In this document: positions 16,587 through 28,332 of the stretch, in pieces
How the letters are laid out: every line of letters starts with the position of its first letter
Numbering within the stretch: position 1 is the first letter of the stretch
DNA from: Thermoanaerobaculia bacterium
Lineage (GTDB): Bacteria > Acidobacteriota > Thermoanaerobaculia > UBA5066 > Gp7-AA6
Direction: 5' to 3'
Assembly: GCA_041483715.1 (NCBI GenBank)
Contig: JBGPGG010000001.1
Location: 8,936 to 72,935, forward strand
DNA length: 64,000 nt
Notes under the pieces: generated by a model
Seen by the model: only the letters and a program-made list of their open reading frames with translations
What the model was told of the DNA's origin: nothing
Database searches by the model: none
Made by a program: the position numbers and the translations under genes

Positions 16587-18161
16587 ATGCCCGACCCCAT
16601 CCCCATGCCCGCCGCGGTGACTCCCGTTCGCCGCGCGCTCATCTCCGTCCACGACAAGACGGGCATCGCCGAGCTCGGCCGCGCGCTGGTGGAGGCCGGA
16701 GTGCGCCTGGTGTCGACCGGCGGCACGGCCGCGCACCTCGAGGAAGCCGGGGTGGGGGTCTCCCTCGTCGAGGAGATGACGGGGTTTCCGGAGATCCTCG
16801 GCGGGCGGCTGAAGACGCTCCACCCGAAGGTCTTCGGCGGCATCCTCGGCGACGACTCCCGCGAGGAGCACGCCCGGGACATGCGGCAGGAGTCCATCGA
16901 GCCGTTCGACCTCGTCGTCGTCAACCTCTACCCTTTCGAGAAGACCGTCGCGGCGGGAAAGGGCCGGTCCGAGGTCATCGAGATGATCGACGTGGGCGGG
17001 CCCGCGATGATCCGGGCGGCCGCGAAGAACCACAAGCGGGTGGCGGTCATGGTGGATCCCGCCGACTACGCGGCCGTCCTCGAGGAGATCCGGACGACGG
17101 GCGGCACCGCCTTGGCCACCCGCGAGCGCCTCGCCGCGCGGGCGTTCTCGCGCACGGCCGCCTACGACGCCGCGATCGCGGGTTACTTCGCCGCCTCGGT
17201 CCGCGAGCCCTATGCCTTCCCGGAGAACCTCGTCTTCTCTTTCGACCGCGTCGGGGCCCTGCGCTACGGGGAGAACCCTCACCAGCGCGCCGCGCTCTAT
17301 GCCTTCCGCTCGGCGCCTCCCGACGCGTTCGTCCGCTTCGAGATGCTGCAGGGCAAGGAGCTGTCGTTCAACAACCTGCTCGATCTCGACTCGGCCGTGG
17401 CCCTGGCGCGCGACTTCGACGGCCCGGCGACAGTCATCGTCAAGCACAACAACCCCTGCGGCGTGGGTATCGGCGAGACGATCTCCGAGGCTTTCGGACG
17501 CGCGTTCGCCTGCGACCCGCTCGCGGCCTTCGGCGGAATCATCGCGATCCGCGGCAAGGTGGACGGGGCGCTCGCGTCCCTTGTGCTCCAGCACTTCGTC
17601 GAGGTCGTCGCGGCCGACGACTACACCGACGAGGCCCTTGCCTTCTTCGCGAAGAAGCCGAACATCCGGCTGCTGAAGCTCCCCGTTTCGCACCGCGCGG
17701 CCCCGGGCCTCGACTGGAAGCGCATCGAGGGCGGACTCCTGCTGCAGGACGCGGACGCGGAGCCCGGCCCCTCTTCGGCATGGAAGATCGCTTCGCAGAG
17801 AAAGCCCACCGCCGTCGAACGGGCCGCGTGCGAGCTGGCGTGGACGGTCGTGCGCCGCGTCAAATCGAACGCGATCGTGCTCGCCAACGCCCGCCAGACG
17901 ATCGGTATCGGCGCGGGCCAGATGAGCCGCGTGGACGCCTGCCGCCTCGCCGTGACGAAGCCCGTGCTGCCGATCGTCAACTGCGGCGCCGCTTCCGACG
18001 CCTTCTTTCCCTTCCGCGACGGCCTCGACGTGCTCGGGGACGCCGGCGTGACGGCCGTCGTGGCGCCCGGCGGCTCGATCCGGGACCCGGAGATCGTCGC
18101 CGCGGCCGACGAGCGCGCCATGGCCTTTCTCATCGCGCCCCGCCGGCACTTCCGGCATTAG
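16587..18161 (+). CDS. purH: Bifunctional AICAR transformylase / IMP cyclohydrolase
   Basis: RALISVHDKTGIAELGRAL... through the C-terminal AICARFT domain. An alternative ATG lies 18 nt downstream. Confidence 0.95.
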   Translation: MPDPIPMPAAVTPVRRALISVHDKTGIAELGRALVEAGVRLVSTGGTAAHLEEAGVGVSLVEEMTGFPEILGGRLKTLHPKVFGGILGDDSREEHARDMRQESIEPFDLVVVNLYPFEKTVAAGKGRSEVIEMIDVGGPAMIRAAAKNHKRVAVMVDPADYAAVLEEIRTTGGTALATRERLAARAFSRTAAYDAAIAGYFAASVREPYAFPENLVFSFDRVGALRYGENPHQRAALYAFRSAPPDAFVRFEMLQGKELSFNNLLDLDSAVALARDFDGPATVIVKHNNPCGVGIGETISEAFGRAFACDPLAAFGGIIAIRGKVDGALASLVLQHFVEVVAADDYTDEALAFFAKKPNIRLLKLPVSHRAAPGLDWKRIEGGLLLQDADAEPGPSSAWKIASQRKPTAVERAACELAWTVVRRVKSNAIVLANARQTIGIGAGQMSRVDACRLAVTKPVLPIVNCGAASDAFFPFRDGLDVLGDAGVTAVVAPGGSIRDPEIVAAADERAMAFLIAPRRHFRH

Positions 18162-18183
18162 CGCGAGGCCGAGGAACGGGGAA

Positions 18184-18204
18184 CGTGAATCGTGAATCGT
18201 GAAT
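18184..18204. repeat. (CGTGAAT)x3 direct tandem at the start of the LolA-like gene
   Basis: gtgaatcgtgaatcgtgaatgg; the GTG start codon is inside the tandem. Confidence 0.8.
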
Positions 18205-18818
18205 GGAGGCTGGCCGTAGCCGCCCTCCTTCTGAGCGTCGCCCATGCGTCCGCCCAGACGGACGCGATGGCCCTGCTGGCGAAAGCGGCGGCGGGGTACA
18301 GCCTCGGCGCGGCGGATGCGTCCCCGTTCACGCAGATCTACACGCCCGCGGGCTTCGCCACCTCGAAGCGCGAATCCGGAACGGTCTGGGTCCAGGCCCC
18401 GCAGCGGCTGCGCTTCGACTACACCGCGCCGGACAAGAAGGTCTTCACGTACGACGACGGCGAGGGGCGGTTCTTTTCTCCCGACGACAAGCAGCTCACG
18501 ATCCACAAGCTCTCGCCCGACGAGCAGGCCCGCCTGCCGATCGTCTTCCTCGAGAAGCCCGAGGAGCTTGCGCGCCGCTACGAGATCTCTCTCGAAGGGG
18601 GCAAGACCGTCGTCCTGAAACCCCGAGCCGCCGATTCCGAGCTCGCGTGGTTGAAGCTTGCGATCGGCGGCTCCGGGACGGTCGAGACCCTGAGCTACGA
18701 GGACACGTCCGGAAACCGCACCGAGTTCCGGTTCGACGGCTGGAAGACCGAAAAGGCCCGGCCCGCCGGCGACTACCGGGTCGCCGGACCGAAGGGGACC
18801 CGGGTGGTGCAGAATTAG
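18192..18818 (+). CDS. LolA-like periplasmic lipoprotein-carrier family protein
   Basis: GTG start, signal peptide (AVAALLLSVAHASAQ), ~190-aa mature domain. Size and pattern match the LolA/LolA-like fold. Start is preceded by a (CGTGAAT)x3 tandem. Confidence 0.6.
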   Translation: MNREWRLAVAALLLSVAHASAQTDAMALLAKAAAGYSLGAADASPFTQIYTPAGFATSKRESGTVWVQAPQRLRFDYTAPDKKVFTYDDGEGRFFSPDDKQLTIHKLSPDEQARLPIVFLEKPEELARRYEISLEGGKTVVLKPRAADSELAWLKLAIGGSGTVETLSYEDTSGNRTEFRFDGWKTEKARPAGDYRVAGPKGTRVVQN

Positions 18819-18825
18819 TCGGGAG

Positions 18826-18927
18826 TTGACAGTCAACAGTTAACAGTTAACAGTAAGCGGCTCGAGCATGAAGCTGAGAGCCGCTGCCATCCTGCTCTGT
18901 CGACTGTCGACTGTGAACTGTCGACCG
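18826..18927. repeat. Heptad-repeat hairpin element (ACAGT family) between LolA-like gene and yajQ
   Basis: GTTGACA GTCAACA GTTAACA GTTAACA GT - 40 nt spacer (itself a GCGGCTC/GAGCCGC hairpin) - CTGTCGA CTGTCGA CTGTGAA CTGTCGAC. Confidence 0.8.
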
Positions 18928-18944
18928 GCGCCGGAGGCGCGCTG

Positions 18945-19442
18945 ATGGCCCAAGAGTTCTCCTTCGACGTGGTGAGCAAGGTGGACCTGCAGGAGGTGTT
19001 GAACGCCGTCCAGCAGGCCTCCAAGGAGATCGCCACGCGTTTCGACTTCCGCGGCTCGAAGTCGAAGGTCGAGTGGAACGAGAAAGAGCTCGAGCTCACG
19101 CTGACCTCGGACGACGAGTACAAATTGAAGTCGGTCGTGGACATTCTCGAGACGCGCCTCGTCAAGCGCGGAATCGCAGTCAAGTCGCTCGATTTCCAGA
19201 AGATCGAGCCCGCCGCCAACACCACGGTCCGCCAGCTCGTGAAGATCCAGCAGGGGATCTCGTCCGAGAAGGCGAAGGAAATCGTCAAGGCGATCAAGGA
19301 CCGCAAGTTCAAGGTCCAGGCGTCGATCCAGGCCGACCAGGTGCGCGTGTCGGGGCGGGCCAAGGACGATCTGCAGGAGGTCATGACGCTCCTGCGCGGG
19401 CGCGACTTCGGCGTACCGCTGCAGTTCACGAACTACCGATGA
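18945..19442 (+). CDS. yajQ: YajQ family nucleotide-binding protein (UPF0234)
   Basis: MAQEFSFDVVSKVDLQEV...; 165 aa typical of YajQ. Confidence 0.85.
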   Translation: MAQEFSFDVVSKVDLQEVLNAVQQASKEIATRFDFRGSKSKVEWNEKELELTLTSDDEYKLKSVVDILETRLVKRGIAVKSLDFQKIEPAANTTVRQLVKIQQGISSEKAKEIVKAIKDRKFKVQASIQADQVRVSGRAKDDLQEVMTLLRGRDFGVPLQFTNYR

Positions 19443-20449
19443 CGCCTCAGCTGCTCGACAACCTGCGCCTGAAGCGGGCCTACGACCTGATCTCCGACAA
19501 GCTCGCGAAGGTCGAGGAGGAGTTGCTCCTCCACTTCCGCTCGCCGATCCCGACGATCGACCGCATCGGGACGTACCTCGCCCAGGGCGGCGGCAAGCGG
19601 ATCCGGCCGGCGCTGCTGCTACTCTCCGCGAAGCTGCTCGACTACGACGCGCGTGACGGCGACAAGGATGTCCGCTACGCCACGGTCATCGAGTTCCTCC
19701 ACACGGCGACCCTCGTCCACGACGACATCATCGACGACGCGCGGCTGCGCCGCGGCCGGACGTCGGCCAACGCGCGGTGGGGCAACAACCTCACGGTCCT
19801 CTTCGGCGACTACCTCTACACGATGTCCATGGGCATCGCGCTCGACGAGGGCGACCTCACGATCCTGAAGGTGCTCTCCGACACCACCCTCTCGATGATC
19901 GAGGGCGAGATCATCGGCATCGAGAAGGAGGGCGCGATCCAGGTCACGAAGGAGGAGGCGCTCGAGATCAATCGGCGCAAGACCGCAGACCTCTTCGCCG
20001 CGGCCTGCCGGCTGCCGGCCCACTTCGCGCCGCGGGGCGACCTCGTCGCCGCCGAACGCCTGGCCGAGTACGGCCGCTGCCTCGGCATGGCCTTCCAGCT
20101 CATCGACGATCTACTCGACTACACTGGGAGCGTCGCGGAAGTCGGCAAGCCGGTCCTGAACGACCTGCGCGAGGGCAAGCTCACGATGCCGCTGCTGCTC
20201 GCGTTGCCGAGGGCCAGCGCGGCAGAGCGCGAGAAGGTTGCCGCGGTCCTGCGCGAGCGGGACTTCAAGAGCGTCCAGACGTCTGACATCCTCTCGATCG
20301 TGGACCGCTACGACGGCATTCCCGAGACGCGGGCCCTCGCGCGCGACTATGCCGGCGCGGCGCGCGTGGCGCTCGGAGCTTTCCCGGACTCCGAGGCGAA
20401 GGAAGGCCTTCTGCTCGCCACCGAATCGGTCATCGACCGCATTCGCTGA
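19439..20449 (+). CDS. Polyprenyl diphosphate synthase (IspB-type trans-prenyltransferase)
   Basis: ATG overlaps the yajQ stop (ATGA). First and second aspartate-rich motifs LVHDDIIDD and FQLIDDLLD. Confidence 0.85.
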   Translation: MTPQLLDNLRLKRAYDLISDKLAKVEEELLLHFRSPIPTIDRIGTYLAQGGGKRIRPALLLLSAKLLDYDARDGDKDVRYATVIEFLHTATLVHDDIIDDARLRRGRTSANARWGNNLTVLFGDYLYTMSMGIALDEGDLTILKVLSDTTLSMIEGEIIGIEKEGAIQVTKEEALEINRRKTADLFAAACRLPAHFAPRGDLVAAERLAEYGRCLGMAFQLIDDLLDYTGSVAEVGKPVLNDLREGKLTMPLLLALPRASAAEREKVAAVLRERDFKSVQTSDILSIVDRYDGIPETRALARDYAGAARVALGAFPDSEAKEGLLLATESVIDRIR

Positions 20450-20454
20450 CCTTT

Positions 20455-20610
20455 CCCCGCGCGCCATAACTTATTCGGTTTTAGCTGTATTTTTCCTTAT
20501 TACATAAGGGGCACCGAATAGCCCTTTGGAGCCGTACAAAAGAAGGAAACCTGACGAATCCTTCTAAAGTTTTATTGCGATCTACTGAAGAAGTCGTACA
20601 CTATGCTTGG
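20455..20610. other. Local AT-rich island (~45% GC versus ~70% flanks) with nested small hairpins
   Basis: ataacttattcggttttagctgtatttttccttattacataaggggcaccgaatag...: outer stem ATTCGGT/ACCGAAT, inner stem CCTTAT-tac-ATAAGG. Precedes the hypothetical gene at 20611. Confidence 0.5.
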
Positions 20611-20991
20611 ATGTCAGCAATTCCAAACGGTTGGACCGCCCTCGCCGCCACCCTGAAGAATCTCTCTCAACTCCTTCCAGGACAATCAGATCCGTCCAGC
20701 GAGGCGGATCTCTACTACCGCCGGGCGCGACTGGCCGCGGCCGAGGAGCGCTTCGACGTCGCGCTGGTGTTCTGCGCGAAAGCCGTGCATGTGGCGCCCC
20801 GACATCTCGCCGCTCGTCTGCTGATCGCGAAGATCTACGACAAGGGCCTCGACAACCTCGAAGCGGCCGTCGCGGGCTACAAGAAAGTCATCGCGCTCGC
20901 CGGCTACGAAGGCACCGACCCCCACTGCATCGCCGCCCGCGAAGCGCTGGACGCACTGGTTCAGAAGGTCGGAGTAGTCGGAAGTCTGTAG
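20611..20991 (+). CDS. Hypothetical small protein with TPR-like helices
   Basis: Track ORF begins at a TTG inside a local AT-rich island. The first ATG (20611) gives 126 aa. The stop codon TAG lies inside the heptad-repeat element. No recognisable family. Confidence 0.4.
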   Translation: MSAIPNGWTALAATLKNLSQLLPGQSDPSSEADLYYRRARLAAAEERFDVALVFCAKAVHVAPRHLAARLLIAKIYDKGLDNLEAAVAGYKKVIALAGYEGTDPHCIAAREALDALVQKVGVVGSL

Positions 20992-21047
20992 TCTTGGTCT
21001 GTAGTCCGAGCCCACACCGACCACCGACCACAGACTACCGACTTCCT
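20971..21047. repeat. Heptad-repeat hairpin element (GTAGTC family) between convergent genes
   Basis: GGAGTAGTCGGAAGTCTGTAGTCTTGGTCTGTAGTCC ... CACCGACCACCGACCACAGACTACCGACTTCC. TAG stops of both flanking genes lie in GTAGTC units. Confidence 0.75.
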
Positions 21048-21631
21048 GGCGGATACCCCCACGGATACTGCGGCGGCCTGCCCCAGACCATAGGCCGGTA
21101 ACGCGCGCCGCCCGTCAGCGCGGCCGCATCCCGGTCCACGCGCCAGCGGCCGTCCGACACCAACAGTTCGCCGGCTGGGCCTGCGCCATCCATCCAGAAC
21201 AGGATCCCGCCAATGCCGGTCGAGCTCGCCGCCTCGATGGCAATCCGGTTTGCGCCCGAATGCAGAAAGCGCGCGACCTCGTAGACCGCGAGCGGGTCGC
21301 CCGGCCGCTGGGTCCCGGCGCCCGCCCGCTGCCCGTTGACGTAGAGGATGTGCTCCCGGTCGACGAAGACCCTGGCCGTGGCGCGCGCGGGCGACCCGGC
21401 CAGAGTGAACTCCCGCACAGCGTAGAAGCGCAGCGACACCGGTTTCGGAACGCGGCTCGAGTACCAGATCCATTCGGCCCGGCCGGTCGAGAGCAGGGGG
21501 CGGCCGGCATGAGCGCGGTATAGAGCGCGCACTGTTGCGGATCCGATCAGGGCCGCCGCGATCGCGAACAGCGCGGCGGGAGCGGGGCGCGACCAGAACG
21601 AGCGCGAGCGCGAAGGCGTTTCTTGACGCAA
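21035..21631 (-). CDS. Hypothetical membrane-anchored protein
   Basis: C-terminal 198 codons of the 21035..22180 track ORF. Upstream part is antisense to kdsB. Only an in-frame TTG (21631) precedes the signal-anchor RSRSFWSRPAPAALFAIAAALIGSATV; start uncertain. Stop TAG sits in the heptad-repeat element. Confidence 0.45.
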   Translation of the reverse strand: MRQETPSRSRSFWSRPAPAALFAIAAALIGSATVRALYRAHAGRPLLSTGRAEWIWYSSRVPKPVSLRFYAVREFTLAGSPARATARVFVDREHILYVNGQRAGAGTQRPGDPLAVYEVARFLHSGANRIAIEAASSTGIGGILFWMDGAGPAGELLVSDGRWRVDRDAAALTGGARYRPMVWGRPPQYPWGYPPGSR

Positions 21632-21652
21632 GTCGGAAGCGAGGATACTATC
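21624..21652 (+). promoter_or_regulatory. Putative sigma-70-like promoter for kdsB-pyrG-kdsA
   Basis: TTGACG (21624-21629), 17-nt spacer, TACTAT (21647-21652). Predicted TSS ~8 nt upstream of the kdsB ATG (near-leaderless). Overlaps the putative 5' end of the minus-strand gene 21035..21631. Confidence 0.35.
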
Positions 21653-21667
21653 GCCGCTGATGATTGC

Positions 21668-24883
<3,216 letters not shown>

Positions 24884-24884
<1 letters not shown>

Positions 24885-24914
24885 CAAGAAAAGGGCCGCG
24901 GCAAGCGCGGCCCC
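24884..24914 (-). terminator. Intrinsic terminator for minus-strand gene 24942..25400 (also a hairpin directly after kdsA)
   Basis: GGGCCGCG-GCAA-GCGCGGCCCC (GNRA loop). On the minus strand the stem is followed by TTTTCTTGTC. Confidence 0.6.
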
Positions 24915-24941
24915 GGAACGCGACCTGGGTCGGAGACCTCT

Positions 24942-25400
24942 TCAGGGCATCGGCCTGAGGTTGACCTCGCGCACGATGTCTGTCCCGACGAACTTCCTCA
25001 TCGCGAGCCTGCTGGAGGCCATATCGCGCTGCTTGTCTTCATCCGTCGTCTTCCAGTGCTTCGCCTGGATCGCCTTGATCTTGTCCGCGTCGCCCTGGTT
25101 GAAGTCCATCGCCTTTCCGAAGCTGGGCTGCAGCGTAGCGATCGCGACGTCCCAGTCTCCCGGATTTGAGGGAACTTTGACAAAGAACTTGAAGTCGAGG
25201 ATGAGCCCCTGCTTCTTCTCGTCAGCGAGGACTAGTACGGCATTGGCGCGGACGTATTTCATGTATTCGTCGAATTTACCCGGCTCCGTACGGTAGGAGC
25301 TCACTGTCCAAACCGGCCCCTCGGTCCAATGGTCCTGGGCAAGCGCGGCTCCGACGGTGAACAAGAGACCCATGGCAGCCATGACGAGAACGCGTTTCAT
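24942..25400 (-). CDS. Hypothetical secreted protein
   Basis: Sec signal MKRVLVMAAMGLLFTVGAALAQ; 152 aa; no family recognised. Intrinsic terminator downstream. Confidence 0.55.
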   Translation of the reverse strand: MKRVLVMAAMGLLFTVGAALAQDHWTEGPVWTVSSYRTEPGKFDEYMKYVRANAVLVLADEKKQGLILDFKFFVKVPSNPGDWDVAIATLQPSFGKAMDFNQGDADKIKAIQAKHWKTTDEDKQRDMASSRLAMRKFVGTDIVREVNLRPMP

Positions 25401-25472
25401 CGCGAGGCCCTCCTCATATTCCGGTGTGTTTGTTGGCCGCCGAAGTTTCCGGTGGCCCTTCCACAACGACTC

Positions 25473-25754
25473 CTACTTCTTCTTCGCCGCCTCCGCCTTC
25501 ACCTCGACCGCCGTCGCGGTCATCCGGTACTCGATCGTGACCTTCGAGCCGACCTTGAGGTCGCCAGTGATCTTGGTCGAGGCGTCCCGCGCGATTTCCC
25601 AGCGGTCCTTCCCCTTCTGGACCGCGATCATGGTGTCGCTGACCTCGAGAACCGGACCGGTGACCTGGTACGTCTTCGTCGCCGCCCCCGCCTCCGAGCA
25701 GACGAGGAGCCCGGCCAGAAGCAATCCCGCGATGCCCAACCGTCCTTGACGCAT
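25473..25754 (-). CDS. Hypothetical small secreted protein
   Basis: Signal peptide MRQGRLGIAGLLLAGLLVCSEAGAA; 93 aa; K-rich C-terminus. Confidence 0.5.
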   Translation of the reverse strand: MRQGRLGIAGLLLAGLLVCSEAGAATKTYQVTGPVLEVSDTMIAVQKGKDRWEIARDASTKITGDLKVGSKVTIEYRMTATAVEVKAEAAKKK

Positions 25755-25784
25755 GCTGTGTCCTCCCTTTTCCAAGCGAGGATA

Positions 25785-26795
25785 TTACCTCCGTGACTGG
25801 TCGATGGAGGCCCGGTCGTACGCTCCCGTCTCGCGGATCGCGATCAGCGGCTCGCCGTCGATCGCGTAGCCGGCCTTGACCCAGGCCTCGAGCCCTCCGG
25901 CGAGCGGTCTCACCAGCTTGAATCCCCTGTCCATCAGCATGCGGGCCACACGGGCCGCTGAGGCCTCGTTGGGTCAAGTGCAGTAGAGGATGATCTCCCG
26001 GCCGCGCGGCAGCTCCTTGAGCTCCGCGTCGAGGTTGTAGACATCGAGGACCGCAGCCCCCCGGATGCGCCGGGGGTCGACGGAGCGCCCCTTGACGGTC
26101 CGCACGTCCAGGACGAGCGGGCTCTGCCCTTCGTCCATCATCCGGCGCAGATCCTCGACCGAGATCCGCGCCATCCGGAGCAACTTGTAGAAACGGCGGC
26201 GCTGCCACCACTTGAAGGCGATGAAGAGGATGAGGCCCGCGCCGAGCAGGGCGAAGGCCGTGCTTCCGATCGACGCGAGGAAGGCCAGGGCCCGGTCGAT
26301 CGCCCGATGAAAGACCATTCCCCCGGCAATGCCCGCCCCCGCCCACAGCAGGGCTCCTCCGCCGTCGTACAGCAGGAACTGCCCGAGGCCCGCCCGCGTG
26401 GCGCCGGCCATGGGCGGAGCCACGGTCGAGAAACCGGGGATGAATTTCGCGACGAGCAGCGAGGGCATTCCCCAGCGTTCGAAGACCGACTCGGTCTGGC
26501 GCACGCAGGAGTCGGGCGAGAGCGAGATCTTGCAGAGGGTCTTCAGGATCCGGTGGCCCTGCGAGCGGCCGAGGGCAAACCAGAGCGAGTCGGCCAGCAG
26601 CGAGGCCGCCACCGCGACGAGGAGAACCTGCCAGGCCGAAAGATCGCCGCCCATCGACAGCGCTCCGGCGACGATGAGCACGGGAATCGCGGGAATCGGC
26701 AGGCCGAGCTGCTCGAGCAGCACGATCCCGAAGATGAGCGGCAGGCCGTAGGCGATGACGTACTGGGTGAGCTGGTCCATGGGAGAACGGATCAT
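25785..26795 (-). CDS. DedA-family membrane protein fused to a C-terminal rhodanese domain; interrupted by an in-frame TGA at 25974-25976 (track ORF 25974..26795 is the part before the TGA)
   Basis: DedA/SNARE-associated TM region (YGLPLIFGIVLLEQLGLPIP...), then rhodanese ...REIILYCT. After the TGA the same frame continues 62 codons (PNEASAARVARMLMDRGFKLVRPLAGGLEAWVKAGYAIDG...) that align with the remainder of single-domain rhodaneses (GlpE ...SSKGAAQYLLQQGY...). Confidence 0.6.
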
Positions 26796-26826
26796 AGAGG
26801 ATCCGGACCCGGCTTAAGATAGGCGG

Positions 26827-27783
26827 ATGACCCTCGAAGCCGCGCGGCGGGTGCTCGAGATCGAGGCGGACTCCGTGCGCCGCCAGATCGACAACCTCGG
26901 TCCGGAATTCCTGGCGGCGATCGAGGCCATCGAAGAGTCCCAGGGCCGGCTCTGCCTGACCGGGATCGGCAAGTCGGGCCTGATCGCGCAGAAGATCGCC
27001 GCCACCCTCGCCTCGACCGGGACGCCCGCCTACTTCCTCCACGCCGGCGAGGCGAGCCACGGCGACCTCGGAATGCTCATGCCAGGCGACGTCGTCCTGG
27101 CGCTGTCCTACTCGGGCGAGACCCCCGAGGTCGTGCGCCTGCTCGAGTTCTCCCGGCAGCGCCGCATCCGGACGATCGCCATGACCGGCGTGTCGGGCTC
27201 CTCGGTGGCGCGGGCGGCCGAGATCGCGATCTCGGTCGCGATCCCCCGCGAGGCCTGTCCCCTGAACCTCGCGCCCACGGCTTCGACGACGGCGATGCTC
27301 GCGATGGGCGACGCTCTGGCGCTCTCGATCTCGGAGCGGCGCGGATTCAAGGCCGAGGACTTCGCCGAGCTCCATCCGGCCGGAAGCCTCGGCCGGCGGT
27401 TTCTGAAGGTCCGGGACCTCATGCGCACCGGGGACCGGTTGCCGAGAGTGGCCTCGGCCGCGCCGATGACCGAGGCCCTCCACGAGATGTCCCGAAAGAT
27501 GATGGGCGTGACCGCCGTCGTCGATTCCGGCGGCCGCCTCGTCGGCGTGATCTCGGACGGCGACCTGCGCCGGCTCCTCGAGAAGGACCCGGCCGATCTC
27601 CAGAAGACGGCGGGCGACTGCGCCCGGCCGAACCCCCGCACGATCAGCGCCGACGAGTTCGCGTCCGCGGCGCTCGAGATGATGCGCTCGAACCGCATCA
27701 CCTCCGTGTTCATCCCCGGCGAGGATGGGCGCCTCGAGGGAGCCCTGCACATGCACGATCTGCTCGCTGCGGGCCTGGCGTAG
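26827..27783 (+). CDS. kdsD: Arabinose-5-phosphate isomerase (KpsF/GutQ/KdsD: SIS + tandem CBS)
   Basis: SIS domain GIGKSGLIAQKIAATLASTGTPAYFLHAGEASHGDLG and a C-terminal CBS pair. Confidence 0.9.
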   Translation: MTLEAARRVLEIEADSVRRQIDNLGPEFLAAIEAIEESQGRLCLTGIGKSGLIAQKIAATLASTGTPAYFLHAGEASHGDLGMLMPGDVVLALSYSGETPEVVRLLEFSRQRRIRTIAMTGVSGSSVARAAEIAISVAIPREACPLNLAPTASTTAMLAMGDALALSISERRGFKAEDFAELHPAGSLGRRFLKVRDLMRTGDRLPRVASAAPMTEALHEMSRKMMGVTAVVDSGGRLVGVISDGDLRRLLEKDPADLQKTAGDCARPNPRTISADEFASAALEMMRSNRITSVFIPGEDGRLEGALHMHDLLAAGLA

Positions 27784-28293
27784 GTGGCGGCCGGCAAGCC
27801 CGCGAGGGCAAAGATCCGCGCCCTCTTCCTCGACGTCGACGGCGTCCTGACCGACGGGCAGATCTACCTCGACGGACGCGGCCACGAGCTCAAGGTCTTC
27901 AACACCAAGGACGGCCATGGCATGCGCAAAGCGGCCGCCGCCGGGATCACGCTCTGCTGGATCTCCGGCCGCTCTTCGCCGGCCACGGCGCGGCGGGCCC
28001 GCGAACTCGGCGTGCGCCTCTGCTACCAGGGCGTCCGGGACAAGCGCGCCCGCCTCGAGTCGGTGCGCCGCAAGCTCGGGCTCTCCCGCGGGCAGACCGC
28101 CTCGATCGGGGACGACGAGCCCGACATCCCGATGTTCGAGGCGACGGGCCTTTCCGCCTGCCCCGCCGACGCCGTTCCCGCCGCCCGCCGCGCCGCCGCG
28201 GTCGTGCTCAAGAGCCCGGGGGGGCACGGGGCGGTCCGGGAGTTCGTCGAGCTGATCCTGAGGACAAACGGGGCCGTGAAACGTAAGACGTAG
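27784..28293 (+). CDS. kdsC: KDO-8-phosphate phosphatase (HAD superfamily, KdsC-type)
   Basis: GTG start directly after the kdsD stop. LFLDVDGVLTDG HAD motif I. 169 aa. Confidence 0.8.
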   Translation: MAAGKPARAKIRALFLDVDGVLTDGQIYLDGRGHELKVFNTKDGHGMRKAAAAGITLCWISGRSSPATARRARELGVRLCYQGVRDKRARLESVRRKLGLSRGQTASIGDDEPDIPMFEATGLSACPADAVPAARRAAAVVLKSPGGHGAVREFVELILRTNGAVKRKT

Positions 28294-28332
28294 GACCGGC
28301 GTTTACCGTTTTCCGTTTCCCGTTTCCCGCTT
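28270..28332. repeat. Heptad-repeat element (GAAACGG family, right arm well preserved), overlaps the tatC 3' end
   Basis: CGTTTAC CGTTTTC CGTTTCC CGTTTCC CG preceded by a degenerate GAAACG/TAAGACG arm. Encodes ...KRETGNGKR* of TatC on the minus strand. Confidence 0.7.

Noticed and set aside
25414-28227. 937-aa minus-strand ORF spanning four genes
   Set aside because: Gly/Arg/Pro-rich low-complexity translation. It is antisense to kdsD, kdsC and DedA, all of which have clear homology-based identities. It is a typical GC-rich shadow ORF.
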